The position numbers and the translations under genes were made by a program. Positions 1-9,741 of a stretch of 64,000 nt of DNA are shown here, piece after piece. The notes beneath the pieces were generated by a model. The model was given only the letters and a program-made list of their open reading frames with translations, did not search any database and was not told the origin of the DNA. Position 1 is the stretch's first letter. Each line of letters starts with the position of its first letter. The DNA lies in contig JAVVGL010000007.1 of assembly GCA_032249135.1 (NCBI GenBank), forward strand, positions 1 to 64,000, in the 5' to 3' direction. Origin of the DNA: Candidatus Calescibacterium sp. (GTDB lineage: Bacteria; Calescibacteriota; Calescibacteriia; Calescibacteriales; Calescibacteriaceae).

Positions 1-112
1 AAAATTATTTATTGTGTTTTGAGATTTCCGCAAATTCTGAAAAGTTGGAAGGCAGAAAGAAAGCTTGCATTAAAATAATCATAAAATTACGAACCTAAAA
101 TATATAAATTAG

Positions 113-2707
113 ATGAAGGTAGCAGAAATAAGGCAAAGTTTTCTTGATTTCTTTGAAAAGAGAGGGCACAAGATTTTGCCGTCTTCTTCTCTTGTTCCTT
201 ATGATGATCCAACTTTGCTTTTTACAAACGCAGGAATGGTTCAATTCAAAAAATATTTTCTTGGAGAACTTGAACCAGATTATATAAATGTTGCAACATG
301 TCAGAGGTGTTTGAGAGCAGGAGGAAAACATAATGACCTTGAAAATGTCGGTAAAACTGCAAGGCATATGACTTTATTTGAAATGCTCGGAAACTTCTCT
401 TTCGGTGGATATTTCAAAGAAAAAGCAATAACATTAGCATGGGAGTTTGTCACAGAGTATCTCAAAATACCAAAAGAAAAAATATTTGCAACTGTTTATG
501 AAGAAGATGATGAAGCTGAAGAAATTTGGCTCAAAGAAACAGATGTATCTGGTGTTTTCAGAATGGGAAAGAAAGATAATTTCTGGACGATGGGAGATGA
601 GGGTCCTTCTGGTCCATGTTCTGAAATAATTGTAGATAGAGGAGAAGAATTTTCAAAAGACCATAATTGTTCAGGTCCGACTTGTGGTTGTGATAGATAT
701 ATTGAGATATGGAACCTTGTTTTCATGCAGTACAACCTGAAAAAAGATGGTTCTTTGGAGCCTCTCAAGAGGAAAAACATAGACACGGGAATGGGACTTG
801 AAAGAGTTGCTTCTATTTTGCAGGGAGTGGAAACAGTTTTTGATACAGATGTTTTTTTGCCTCTGAAAAAAGTGGTAGAAAGTGAAGTGAAGGATTTAGT
901 AAGTGATAAGGTATCTTTGAGAGTTGTTCTTGATGCGGCAAGAGCTGCTGCTTTTGCAGTAGCGGATGGAATAATGCCATCAAATGAATCAAGGGGATAT
1001 GTGATACGGAGAATAATACGCAGAGCTTTGAGATATTCTATGAATTTTATAGATGTACCTTTTTTGTACAAGGTTTCAGTTGAGTGTGCAAATTCCATGG
1101 GCGATTTTTGGCAACATCTCAGAGACAAAAAAGATATTATAGAAAGAACAGTTAAAGCGGAGGAAGAGAAATTTTTCGGGACACTTTCAAGAATCCTTCC
1201 TTTATTCATAAGAGAGGTTGAATCAATAAGGCAGGCTGGTCAAGAAGAAATACCTGCCGATATTGTTTTTATGTTCTATGATACTCATGGACTTCCAATA
1301 GAGATCATGAAGGAAATAGCAGATGAGAAAGGTTTGGTTATAGATGAGCAAAAGCTTTTAAAAATAATTGAAGAAAGAAGAAAAGCTTCAAAAGTGAAAA
1401 GAGAAGATGAAATTGAAAAGAAAATCATTTATATCATATCAGAAAATAATTTGAAGTCTAACTTTGTAGGATACACAAGTTTAGAGACAGAAGGGAAAGT
1501 TCTTTCTATATTAGATGAGAACTTAAATTTTCTGAAAAAAGCAGAGAAGGGCAAGGAGGTATTTTTAGTTGTTGATGAAACTCCTTTTTATCCGGAAGGT
1601 GGAGGTCAAGTTGGAGATAAAGGTAAGGTGATTTGGCAGGGTGGATTTGCAGAAGTTAAAGATACAAAAAAGGTGGGAGATATCATATTGCACAAGATAA
1701 AAATATTGGAGGGAGATTTGACGGAAGGAATTCGTGTTCTTCTCTCCGTTGACAAGTTTTTGAGAGAGCAGACCTCAAGACATCATACAACAACCCATCT
1801 TCTTCATTCATCTTTAAGGAAGATTCTTGGAACTCATGTGAGGCAGATGGGATCTTTAGTTGAACCATATAGGTTAAGGTTTGATTTTTCTCATCCATCT
1901 CCACTTTCTTATGAAGAGCTAAAAGATATAGAATCGCTTATAAACGAATGGATAATGTCAGATTTTATTGTCCAGCATGAATATATGGAGTTTTCCAAAG
2001 CTTTGAGAGAAGGAGCACTTGCATTTTTCGGAGATAAATACGGAAAGATAGTCAGAGTCGTAAAGATAGGAGAAGTTTCGCTTGAATTGTGTGGAGGGAC
2101 TCATCTTGGTCGCACAGGGCAAGCCGGTATATTGAAAATTGTCAGAGAAACTGGAGTTGCATCAGGGATAAGAAGAGTTGAGGCAGTAGCAGGATGGGAG
2201 CTTATAAAGTATATATCAGAAAAAGAAAAGTTCATTCAGGAGTTAGCAGATGTATTGAAGGTCTCTCCACAAGATATATTACCTAAACTTAAAAATATTC
2301 TTGATGAAAAAAAGAAACTTGAAGATGAAGTTCGTTCGTTGAGATTAAAAATCCTCACTTTATCTTCACAACCTACTATAAAAAGTATTGATGGGATAAC
2401 TTTTGTTTTTGACTTTCTTGAAGGTTTTGACAGAAGGGAACTTTCCGAACTTGTTGATAGATTGAAAAACAAGTTCCAAGATTCTGTTATTCTTATTGTA
2501 GGGGAGAAGGATGGGAAAATTTCTATTGTTGGGGGGGTTTCTGGGGATATTGGAATTGATGCAAGTGAATTTGTTCGTGAAATATCAAAATTTTTGGGGG
2601 GAAGTGGAGGGGGTAGAAAAGACTTCGCGGAGGGTGGTGGTAAGATAAAGAAATCAAAAGAAGAAATTATTAAATTTGCAGAAAAATTGATTTCCAGAAA
2701 AAGTTAA
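113..2707 (+). CDS. alaS: Alanyl-tRNA synthetase
   Basis: 864 aa; DPTLLFTNAGM, FEMLGNFSFG, EIWNLVFMQY, IDTGMGLER, editing HTTTH and CGGTH, C-terminal GGSGGGRKDFAEGGG. Confidence 0.98.
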   Translation: MKVAEIRQSFLDFFEKRGHKILPSSSLVPYDDPTLLFTNAGMVQFKKYFLGELEPDYINVATCQRCLRAGGKHNDLENVGKTARHMTLFEMLGNFSFGGYFKEKAITLAWEFVTEYLKIPKEKIFATVYEEDDEAEEIWLKETDVSGVFRMGKKDNFWTMGDEGPSGPCSEIIVDRGEEFSKDHNCSGPTCGCDRYIEIWNLVFMQYNLKKDGSLEPLKRKNIDTGMGLERVASILQGVETVFDTDVFLPLKKVVESEVKDLVSDKVSLRVVLDAARAAAFAVADGIMPSNESRGYVIRRIIRRALRYSMNFIDVPFLYKVSVECANSMGDFWQHLRDKKDIIERTVKAEEEKFFGTLSRILPLFIREVESIRQAGQEEIPADIVFMFYDTHGLPIEIMKEIADEKGLVIDEQKLLKIIEERRKASKVKREDEIEKKIIYIISENNLKSNFVGYTSLETEGKVLSILDENLNFLKKAEKGKEVFLVVDETPFYPEGGGQVGDKGKVIWQGGFAEVKDTKKVGDIILHKIKILEGDLTEGIRVLLSVDKFLREQTSRHHTTTHLLHSSLRKILGTHVRQMGSLVEPYRLRFDFSHPSPLSYEELKDIESLINEWIMSDFIVQHEYMEFSKALREGALAFFGDKYGKIVRVVKIGEVSLELCGGTHLGRTGQAGILKIVRETGVASGIRRVEAVAGWELIKYISEKEKFIQELADVLKVSPQDILPKLKNILDEKKKLEDEVRSLRLKILTLSSQPTIKSIDGITFVFDFLEGFDRRELSELVDRLKNKFQDSVILIVGEKDGKISIVGGVSGDIGIDASEFVREISKFLGGSGGGRKDFAEGGGKIKKSKEEIIKFAEKLISRKS

Positions 2708-2947
2708 TTTCACAAAAACTAATTTCTCAAATTGTCTCAGTAATTATCTTATTTTAGCTTGAATTTTTGTGAAAAATGAAATTGTAGTAAGGAGATAAAG
2801 AATAAATCAGGTATGAAAACAAAATTCAGAAAAACTAGAAAATTTCATACTGATAAAAAGCTGAATGATAGAACAAAGTTGAAAAATATCCATAAGTCCT
2901 CACGAAATAGTAAAATTATAAAAGAGGATAAACGAGAAGATAAAAGT

Positions 2948-3289
2948 ATGGTGGAGAGGAGGAAAGAAAAGAGGGCAGTTGTTGAACTTGAAGTCAGATA
3001 TTCTTCACAAGAGAGCTTTGCAGTAGAGTGGATAACTAATATATCAAAAGGGGGGTTATTTATAAAGTCTGAAAATCCACTTCCTCCTGGAACTCCTTTA
3101 AAAATAACCTTTTCTGTTCCGGGGAAAGATATACCTGTTCAGCTTGAGGGTGTTGTTAGATGGTCAGCTCCACCGTCTTCCCCTTCTGTTGTCCCAGGTA
3201 TGGGAATTGAGATAGTTAAAATAGATGAAAGGAGCAAAAAAATATTAGATTCTTTTGTAGATGAAATTTTATCTTCCCGCAGAATTTGA
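2948..3289 (+). CDS. PilZ-domain c-di-GMP receptor (TIGR02266-like)
   Basis: ERRKEKR (RxxxR), NISKGG, GVVRW...PGMGI. Start at ATG 2948 preferred to the ORF-track start 2813. Confidence 0.85.
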   Translation: MVERRKEKRAVVELEVRYSSQESFAVEWITNISKGGLFIKSENPLPPGTPLKITFSVPGKDIPVQLEGVVRWSAPPSSPSVVPGMGIEIVKIDERSKKILDSFVDEILSSRRI

Positions 3290-3337
3290 TTTGTTTTTTA
3301 TTGTTCTTTATTTTTTGATATTTTGCCGTTCTTTTCT

Positions 3338-3634
3338 CTACTTTGCTGTTCTTTTTTTTATATAAAATTTCAGTACGCCGTTTTCTTCTTCTGATTTTAT
3401 GATTTCATCGCCGGTTTGAGCACAGAATGCAGGGAAATCTCTTTTTGCACCAGGGTCGTCCGCTAAAACAAGAATGATTTCCCCTGGCTTTAAAGTTTCA
3501 AGAATTTTTCTTACCTTTATAACAGGCATAGGGCATTTCAAACCTCTCGCATCAAATTCAAAATCAGGTCTTATTTCTTTTTCAATTTCAATTTTTCCCT
3601 CTTTTTTTTCTCTATTTTCTTTTGATTCACTCAT
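3338..3634 (-). CDS. tusA: TusA/SirA family sulfur carrier
   Basis: FDARGLKCPMP and ADDPGAKRDFPAFC motifs; ATG at 3634 with upstream GGAG. Confidence 0.9.
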   Translation of the reverse strand: MSESKENREKKEGKIEIEKEIRPDFEFDARGLKCPMPVIKVRKILETLKPGEIILVLADDPGAKRDFPAFCAQTGDEIIKSEEENGVLKFYIKKRTAK

Positions 3635-3663
3635 AATATTACTTTCTCCTTTTTCAAATTTAG

Positions 3664-4173
3664 TCAAATAAATAGTGTTATTGCGTCTTTTGCTTCCGCT
3701 AAAAAGGTTGCTGCTCCCACTATATCTTGAACCTCGTCTATAAGTTCGTCTTTTGTGATACCAAGTATTGAACAAGAAGTTGAGCATGCGTAAAATTTAA
3801 CTCCTGTCTCTTTTGCAGCCTCAAGTAAATCCTGCAATGTTGGTGATTTCGTTTTTTTCATCAGTACCTTCATAAGAAATGGACCAAGTCCTGCAAAGTT
3901 CATTTTAGATAGTTTAAGAGAGTCTAATCCAGATGGCATCATAAATTCCATCATCTTCTGTATAAAATTTTTACCTTTGAGTTTTCTATTTTTCTTTATC
4001 AAAGAAAGTCCCCAGAATGTGAAGAAGATAGCAACATTCATTCCCATAGATGCTGCGGTAGAAGCTAATGTTAGGACTGCAAATGCTTTATCCATATCCC
4101 CTGAAAAACAAATTATTCTAAATTTGTTTTTTGGAGTAGGAAATCCTTCTGTCTGAATTGTGCTATTTTCCAT
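3664..4173 (-). CDS. DsrE/DsrF/DrsH-like (DsrE2-type) sulfurtransferase
   Basis: FSGDMDK, FFTFWGL, LSKMNFAGLG, YACSTSC, VGAATFL; SD AAGGAGGT upstream. Confidence 0.88.
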   Translation of the reverse strand: MENSTIQTEGFPTPKNKFRIICFSGDMDKAFAVLTLASTAASMGMNVAIFFTFWGLSLIKKNRKLKGKNFIQKMMEFMMPSGLDSLKLSKMNFAGLGPFLMKVLMKKTKSPTLQDLLEAAKETGVKFYACSTSCSILGITKDELIDEVQDIVGAATFLAEAKDAITLFI

Positions 4174-4252
4174 GATTTTTTACCTCCTTTCTTTTTTTCT
4201 TACTTTTTTAATCTATACATTTTAGGTAATTTTGGGAATAAAAGCTATTTTC

Positions 4253-5563
4253 TCAATTTTTGATAGACTTATAATCTATTGCAGTTGGTTGGCACATACT
4301 TTTTATAGCTTGTTCTAATGCTTTCTTTTCTGATTCATCTATATTTTGTCCCATCCCCTTTCCGTAGAACTGATTTTCCGAAGCTATTCCGTCTTTTGAG
4401 ATTATTGAGATTTTTATTGCTGCTTCGGAAATGTAAATTGGGTTTCCCTTGAAATCTTTTCCCTGATACACTGGATTTTTTGAAATGTCTGCTATAACTT
4501 TTAATTTCGCATTATCTTCTTTTTGCTCTATTTTGAGGTTTGCAGAATTCAGACACCTTGATATCTCATTTTTTAAGAGATCGTATTTTGATTCCACAAA
4601 AACTGTTCCACTGTCAAATTTTAATCTTTCCATTTTTGAGGCTCTTATGTAAGGTGTAGATGTTTTTATGATGATTTGATTTTCCCCTGCTGCAGCAAAA
4701 ACTTTCTCAGATATCCTTGCTTTTCCATTTTCATCTGTTATGATTTTTATTTTTATTTCCCCGAATACTCCTTTAATTTGTGCTTCTAATGGCATCCAAG
4801 CTACTGGTTTTTCTTGAAACTTTACTTCTGCGTCAAACGAAATAATTGTTAGCGGAGATGAAAAATAGCTATTCCCTCCAGATATTTTGATTGATATATT
4901 TGAAAGTTCATCTATAAGTTCACTAAATTTTCTTTCTACAATTGAACTATAAGATTTTCCAAACAGTTCAAGGACTGAAATTTCTTTTCTCATGTTTTGG
5001 ATTCCGCTATCAATTTTGCTTAAATTCTCAATTATTTTCGTGGTATCTATTTTTTCTGAATTTGCCATATACTCTTCTATTTTCTTTATGTTGAGCAATA
5101 TATCTCCTTCAATTTGAGATATTTTTTTTATTTTTTCTCTTGAAAATTTTCCGACATCAAAAACTGCTAATGAATACCATATACCTGATTTTTTATCTAA
5201 AAATCTTTCCTTTATTATGACACCTTCAAGTATTCCTTCTATTTTGCTTTCCATTTTCCTCGTAGCGTATTCTCCGGACTTTTCTGTTCCTTGATACTTT
5301 TCTAAAACAGATTTTTCCTCAAATGTTTCCTTTATCTTTACTTGTATTTGCTTTGTGATGTCAGCTCTTGCAGAGTTATCTGCTCCGTCTTTGTCATATC
5401 CTGCTCCAACTCCTACTATAAACTCACTGCTTTTGAACTCTTTATATGGATTTTCAATCCAATCAGGAGACCTTTTTGATCCGCAGTTTTGTGAGACAAT
5501 AGAAAGGAAAAAGAAAAAAGAAAAAAATATCGGTAGATAAAAAACTTGATAGGCAATTCTCAT
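4253..5563 (-). CDS. LPP20-family lipoprotein with downstream Ig-like region
   Basis: Hydrophobic signal, Cys, then PDWI, VGVG, ADNSARADITKQI. Confidence 0.7.
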   Translation of the reverse strand: MRIAYQVFYLPIFFSFFFFLSIVSQNCGSKRSPDWIENPYKEFKSSEFIVGVGAGYDKDGADNSARADITKQIQVKIKETFEEKSVLEKYQGTEKSGEYATRKMESKIEGILEGVIIKERFLDKKSGIWYSLAVFDVGKFSREKIKKISQIEGDILLNIKKIEEYMANSEKIDTTKIIENLSKIDSGIQNMRKEISVLELFGKSYSSIVERKFSELIDELSNISIKISGGNSYFSSPLTIISFDAEVKFQEKPVAWMPLEAQIKGVFGEIKIKIITDENGKARISEKVFAAAGENQIIIKTSTPYIRASKMERLKFDSGTVFVESKYDLLKNEISRCLNSANLKIEQKEDNAKLKVIADISKNPVYQGKDFKGNPIYISEAAIKISIISKDGIASENQFYGKGMGQNIDESEKKALEQAIKSMCQPTAIDYKSIKN

Positions 5564-5635
5564 ATTTGAATTTTAGTTATTTTTTTAGTAGAAAAATTTG
5601 ATTCTAATCTAAAAATATAAATTATTTTTTATTGA

Positions 5636-7498
5636 ATGGGTTATAGAGATGAAGAGGTTGGGAGAAAAGAAGAGTTAAGAACAGAAGCTGGGGTTATACT
5701 TGGAACAAAACCTGCAACTCCATCTGAATTTTTCATAGCGGTAAAAAGGGATTTCCCCTTGCAACTTGATGATACGGTATGGACAGAAACAAAAATAATT
5801 TCGCCAGAAGATGGCAGAGAAATAACTGTGAAATTTTATGGAATTTTGGACTCTGTAGAAAGAAGTTACGAGGGACTTGATTTTGATTCAGATATGTATT
5901 ACATACATGAAATTCCGGTTGAGGAACGACATATTGCTCGTGTTAAAATAACAAAAATAGAGCCAGAGATTTTGATACCTCCAAAACCTGGTGCCCCTGT
6001 TTTTTTGGCGAGAGGAGAGGATTTCCTTAAAGCTGTTGGAGCTGATACGATGAAGAGGAAGATTCCCGCTGGTCTTTCGCTTGCACAAGATGAGGTAGTT
6101 TATATAGACCTTGATTTTGTAGATGGGGAAAAGGGAGCTCATATTTGTATATCTGGTGTATCTGGTGTTGCGACAAAAACATCATACGGAATATTTTTGT
6201 TGCACGAAATAATGAGAGAGAGTAAAAGGAGAAGAGCAGATGGATACGATAAAAAAGGGAAATATGCAGCCATAATATTTAATGTGAAAGGGGAGGACCT
6301 TCTTTTTATAGACAAACCGAATAAGAAATTTTATGAAGAAATGTTGGAAGAAGAAGGTAAGAAATGGAGAAAAATATCAGAAGAAATATATTCTGAGTTT
6401 ATTGCGAACAAAAAAGGGTTTTCTGTTTTTGAAGTAAAAATTTTTGCTCCTCCTAAAAAAAATGTTAATGTATTGGTACCGGATGTTTCTCAAAGATCAG
6501 CAACGGAAGTAAGAACACTTGCTCTTACATTTTTTGATTTTGCAAAGTACCAACTCATAAGATATTGCATAAGTGAGGATGATAGCGAACAAATAAGAGG
6601 TCTTTTAGAGCAGATTGCAGATTTACTATATAGTAAAGCGGAAGAAACAGAGGAAAAGATAAAGCAAGGGGTAGTATCAAAAAGTGAATTTGATGGCTCT
6701 GTTTTTTGGGGACAAAATAAAAGATTCAGGGATCTTGAAGAATTCTTAAATTACTTGATGCGTATTTGGGGAGATGAAAGAGATATTCTTTATCCTAAAA
6801 TAAAAAATTATCATTATTCAACTTTCAGAGCATTCCTTTCTCGTTTTCATAATTTTATCAAGTTTGCTGGACATATCATAACACCAAAAGCTAAATCAGG
6901 AATATCTGATAAGGGAGGAGATTTTGATGAGGTAATAAATCTGACTCCTGGTAGTATCTATGTTATACATATAGGAAATTTGCCAGATTTGGCTCAAAGA
7001 TTTTTGGTGGGTTCTATGCTTTCAAGAATTTTCAACGAACAAGAGAAGGGAGCAGAAAGACGAGTTATTGTTTTTCTTGATGAGTTATCAAAGTATGCTC
7101 CGCGTGAGGGGAGTTCTCCTATAAAATCTATTCTTGAAGACATCGCAGAAAGAGGAAGAAGTTTGGGGATAATTCTTATAGGTGCTCAACAAAGTGCAAG
7201 GACTGTTAGCAAAAAAATAATAATGAACTCTTCTATAAAGGTTGTTGGTAGGATGTCACCGGAGGAAGTTTATTCACCGGAGTATGAATTTTTATCGGCT
7301 GAACTTAAAAAGCGTCTGACGGTTTTTCAGCCTGGAAGACTTATTTTATATCAACCATCTGTTTTTGCTCCACTGCCTGTGAAATTTCCTTTCCCATTTT
7401 GGGCTACGAGGTCATCAGAGGTTATGGAAGATTCTTCAAAATCGGAAAAAATAGAAGAAGAACTTAAAAAAATTTATGAGGAGGAGGAAATTTTCTGA
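5636..7498 (+). CDS. HerA/FtsK-like ATPase with N-terminal HAS-barrel-like domain
   Basis: Walker A variant GVSGVATKTS, FNVKGEDL, Walker B VFLDE, IAERGRSLG, GAQQ. Confidence 0.85.
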   Translation: MGYRDEEVGRKEELRTEAGVILGTKPATPSEFFIAVKRDFPLQLDDTVWTETKIISPEDGREITVKFYGILDSVERSYEGLDFDSDMYYIHEIPVEERHIARVKITKIEPEILIPPKPGAPVFLARGEDFLKAVGADTMKRKIPAGLSLAQDEVVYIDLDFVDGEKGAHICISGVSGVATKTSYGIFLLHEIMRESKRRRADGYDKKGKYAAIIFNVKGEDLLFIDKPNKKFYEEMLEEEGKKWRKISEEIYSEFIANKKGFSVFEVKIFAPPKKNVNVLVPDVSQRSATEVRTLALTFFDFAKYQLIRYCISEDDSEQIRGLLEQIADLLYSKAEETEEKIKQGVVSKSEFDGSVFWGQNKRFRDLEEFLNYLMRIWGDERDILYPKIKNYHYSTFRAFLSRFHNFIKFAGHIITPKAKSGISDKGGDFDEVINLTPGSIYVIHIGNLPDLAQRFLVGSMLSRIFNEQEKGAERRVIVFLDELSKYAPREGSSPIKSILEDIAERGRSLGIILIGAQQSARTVSKKIIMNSSIKVVGRMSPEEVYSPEYEFLSAELKKRLTVFQPGRLILYQPSVFAPLPVKFPFPFWATRSSEVMEDSSKSEKIEEELKKIYEEEEIF

Positions 7499-7950
7499 TG
7501 CTGAAAGTAGGAGATAAATTGCCAGAATTTGAAGGTGTTTTGACATCAGGAAAGAATTTGTCATCAAAAGATCTTTTAGGTAAGTGGGTTGTACTTTTTT
7601 TCTTTCCGAAAGCTTTTACACCAGGTTGTACAAATGAGGTGTGTAGTGTAAATGACAATATTGAAAATCTGAAGAAGTTGGGAGTAGAGGTCTTTGGTAT
7701 AAGTAAAGATAAACTATCAACACAAAAGAGATTCAAAGAAAAGTATGATCTAAAATATGAACTCATTGCAGACGAATCAGGGGATATAATAAAAAAATTC
7801 GGGATAAGCAGAAAGACAGGTTCTGCCGAAAGGAAAACCTTTATAATAGACCCTGAAGGAAAAGTAGCATATATATTTGAGAAAGTAGATGTAAAAAATC
7901 ATGGGAAAGAAATTGAACAAGTTTTGCTTTCTCTTTTTAACCGGAAATAA
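7498..7950 (+). CDS. bcp: Peroxiredoxin BCP/PrxQ
   Basis: FFPKAFTPGCTNEVC, RKTFIIDPEG; 1-nt TGATG overlap with the herA-like gene. Confidence 0.92.
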   Translation: MLKVGDKLPEFEGVLTSGKNLSSKDLLGKWVVLFFFPKAFTPGCTNEVCSVNDNIENLKKLGVEVFGISKDKLSTQKRFKEKYDLKYELIADESGDIIKKFGISRKTGSAERKTFIIDPEGKVAYIFEKVDVKNHGKEIEQVLLSLFNRK

Positions 7951-8038
7951 CTTAATTTATACCATTTTCTCACTCTCTATGAGCTTGAAACATCTGTTTT
8001 TATTGCTATGGAATTTTGTTCTATTTCAGATACTCTGA

Positions 8039-8166
8039 TACTGCGCAACAAATTATTTGAGTATGACAGAGTATAGGAGGGAAGGAATTAGAGGATTAGT
8101 ATGGAAGATTCAAGAGTATCATAAGGAATTGAAGTAGTGCTGTGGGCAGAGAAGTTTTGAGTCAGA
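8039..8166 (+). pseudogene. Decayed IS701-family transposase fragment
   Basis: Manual translation YCATNYLSMTEYRREGIRGLVWKIQEYHKELK*CCG, then after a frameshift AEKF*VR. Resembles the IS701 YWATN...WxIEEYHRxLKQCCGxExxQVR segment. Confidence 0.7.
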
Positions 8167-8791
8167 TTTTCTTCCAGGGACATATTTTTTGAGCGATATC
8201 TATTATTTCATCTATATCTTTTTCTTCAACGTGTCCGAAACTTTTTTCTGTATAAGGTATATGGACTACTGGGGCAAATTCGCATCTTCCAAGACATACC
8301 CATTCTCTCACCTCAACATCTTTGCCTTCCGCTTTTTCTTTAAATTTTTTAAAAAGCTCTTCTCCTCCTTTTAGAGCACAGGGGAGTGATGTACAAACAT
8401 AAATTTCAGCTTTACCGTCAAATCCTTCAAGCATAGTATAAAATGTTGCAACACCGAGTATATATGACGGAAAAAGATTTGAAAGTTTTGAGAGTTCTTC
8501 CATGTATTCAAGATATACAACTCCAAACTCACGCTTTATATCATTTAGAGCTGGTAGTAAAAATGAGTTTCCTTCTCCAAATTCTTTTTTTCTGTTTTCG
8601 TATATTTCCTTTATCTTTTGCTTTTCGTAATCTGAGATGTGACCTTTTTTGGGGAACCTTTTATTTATGAACAATTCATTTGCCCATTCTTTGAGATTTT
8701 CTTTATATACATTGTATTCTGCGGGGAGAAACTCAAAAGGAATTTGCTCCTCTGGTGGGTGGATATGCTCTATACCTTTTCTTTTCAGCAT
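8162..8791 (-). CDS. nuoE: NuoE-like 2Fe-2S subunit (NADH dehydrogenase/hydrogenase diaphorase)
   Basis: GVATFYTM, VCTSLPC and CLGRCEFAP (four Cys ligands). Confidence 0.85.
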   Translation of the reverse strand: MLKRKGIEHIHPPEEQIPFEFLPAEYNVYKENLKEWANELFINKRFPKKGHISDYEKQKIKEIYENRKKEFGEGNSFLLPALNDIKREFGVVYLEYMEELSKLSNLFPSYILGVATFYTMLEGFDGKAEIYVCTSLPCALKGGEELFKKFKEKAEGKDVEVREWVCLGRCEFAPVVHIPYTEKSFGHVEEKDIDEIIDIAQKICPWKKI

Positions 8792-8843
8792 CTCTTTTAT
8801 TTTTTTTATTTTTTTTGCTGTTTCAAAAAAAGCAGGAAATATG

Positions 8844-9274
8844 GGAGGTGTGAGCTGAGCGGGATAAGCCGGTTTCTGTATTAAGGGGTCATTACTCTGA
8901 GCGGCCTACCCGAGGGTGTTAGCGGGGAGGGTGCAACCCGCATGCGGGAGCCAGATTTGAAAAACTCCCGCAATTCCCCTCTGCTTGGCCTTGCTCGCGT
9001 ATGGGTTTACCGCAGGAAAGGATTCGGCAAGGGCGTTTTTTCCCTTAAACCTTCTCCTTTCCTGGGTGCGCTCTTACCGCACCTTTTCACCCTTACCTTA
9101 TGTGTGAAGACACATAAGGCGGTATGTTTTCTGTGGCACTTTCCAGCGCTCTCGCGCCCCCGCTCCGGCTCCATCAGCCTTAACGGGATACGCGCACCCT
9201 CCGAGACCGGACTTTCCTCCCCGGCACATTCTCTCTGCACCGGAGCGACCCCTTCCCGCTCTTCCCACACCTCC
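8844..9274 (-). ncRNA. rnpB: RNase P RNA, type A-like, lacking P18
   Basis: Minus strand carries GAGGAAAGUCC, GGAAAGUGCCACAGAAA, GGGUGAAAAGGUGCGGUAAGAGCGCACC, GGUAAACC, GAGCAAGGCCAA, ACAGAAACCGGCUUAU; termini GGAGGUGUG/CACACCUCC pair; GC-rich island. Confidence 0.97.
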
Positions 9275-9351
9275 AAAATATAAAATTTAATTGTTCCTTA
9301 ATGGATAGTTATTTTCTTCTCTTTCTTTTTTTCTTTTTTTGTTTCCTATTT

Positions 9352-9633
9352 TTACTTTTGATCTTCTTCACCGAGAATCTTCTTTGCAATTTTTCTTTTT
9401 TCTTCGGGAGTTTCTGCTAAGATCAGAAGAGCAATAAGTCTGAAACCCTGGTCTATCTTATTTCCAATCTCTTTTATTAGTTCTCTCATTTCTTTTCTCA
9501 TTTCTCTTATTTCTGTAATAACTTTATCAGTATTTTCCCTTACAACTTTTCCGTTTCTCCAAGCAAGGTAAGTTACGGCACCAGCAAGTAATGATACCAC
9601 AATACCTATGATAGTAATTGCTACTTCAAGCAT
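9352..9633 (-). CDS. Small membrane-anchored coiled-coil protein
   Basis: N-terminal TM helix followed by heptad-like IREMRKEMRELIKEI. Confidence 0.6.
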   Translation of the reverse strand: MLEVAITIIGIVVSLLAGAVTYLAWRNGKVVRENTDKVITEIREMRKEMRELIKEIGNKIDQGFRLIALLILAETPEEKRKIAKKILGEEDQK

Positions 9634-9719
9634 CCCGATATTTTTAATTTAGTGAGTTCCTAATCAATAGTGGCTAATCGTTAAAAATTAAAATAGATAA
9701 CTTCAATTCTTCATTTTGC

Positions 9720-9741
9720 TTTTGTGATATATATCACAAAA
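9720..9741. promoter_or_regulatory. Perfect palindromic operator, CRP/FNR- or Rex-type (TGTGA-N6-TCACA)
   Basis: TTTTGTGATATATATCACAAAA; TAAAAT -10 candidate at 9760-9765. Confidence 0.75.

Noticed and set aside
496..1209. 237-aa antisense ORF inside alaS, and similar shadows such as 47643..48140 and 15245..15691
   Set aside because: Ser/Phe-rich mirror translations of strong genes on the opposite strand; no motifs or start signals.
5636..7498. HerA-based anti-phage system
   Set aside because: No SIR2, nuclease or DUF4297 partner adjacent, and the context is housekeeping.
8942..9283. ORFs 8942..9283(+) and 9007..9276(-)
   Set aside because: They lie in the GC-rich RNase P RNA gene, which explains the absence of stop codons.
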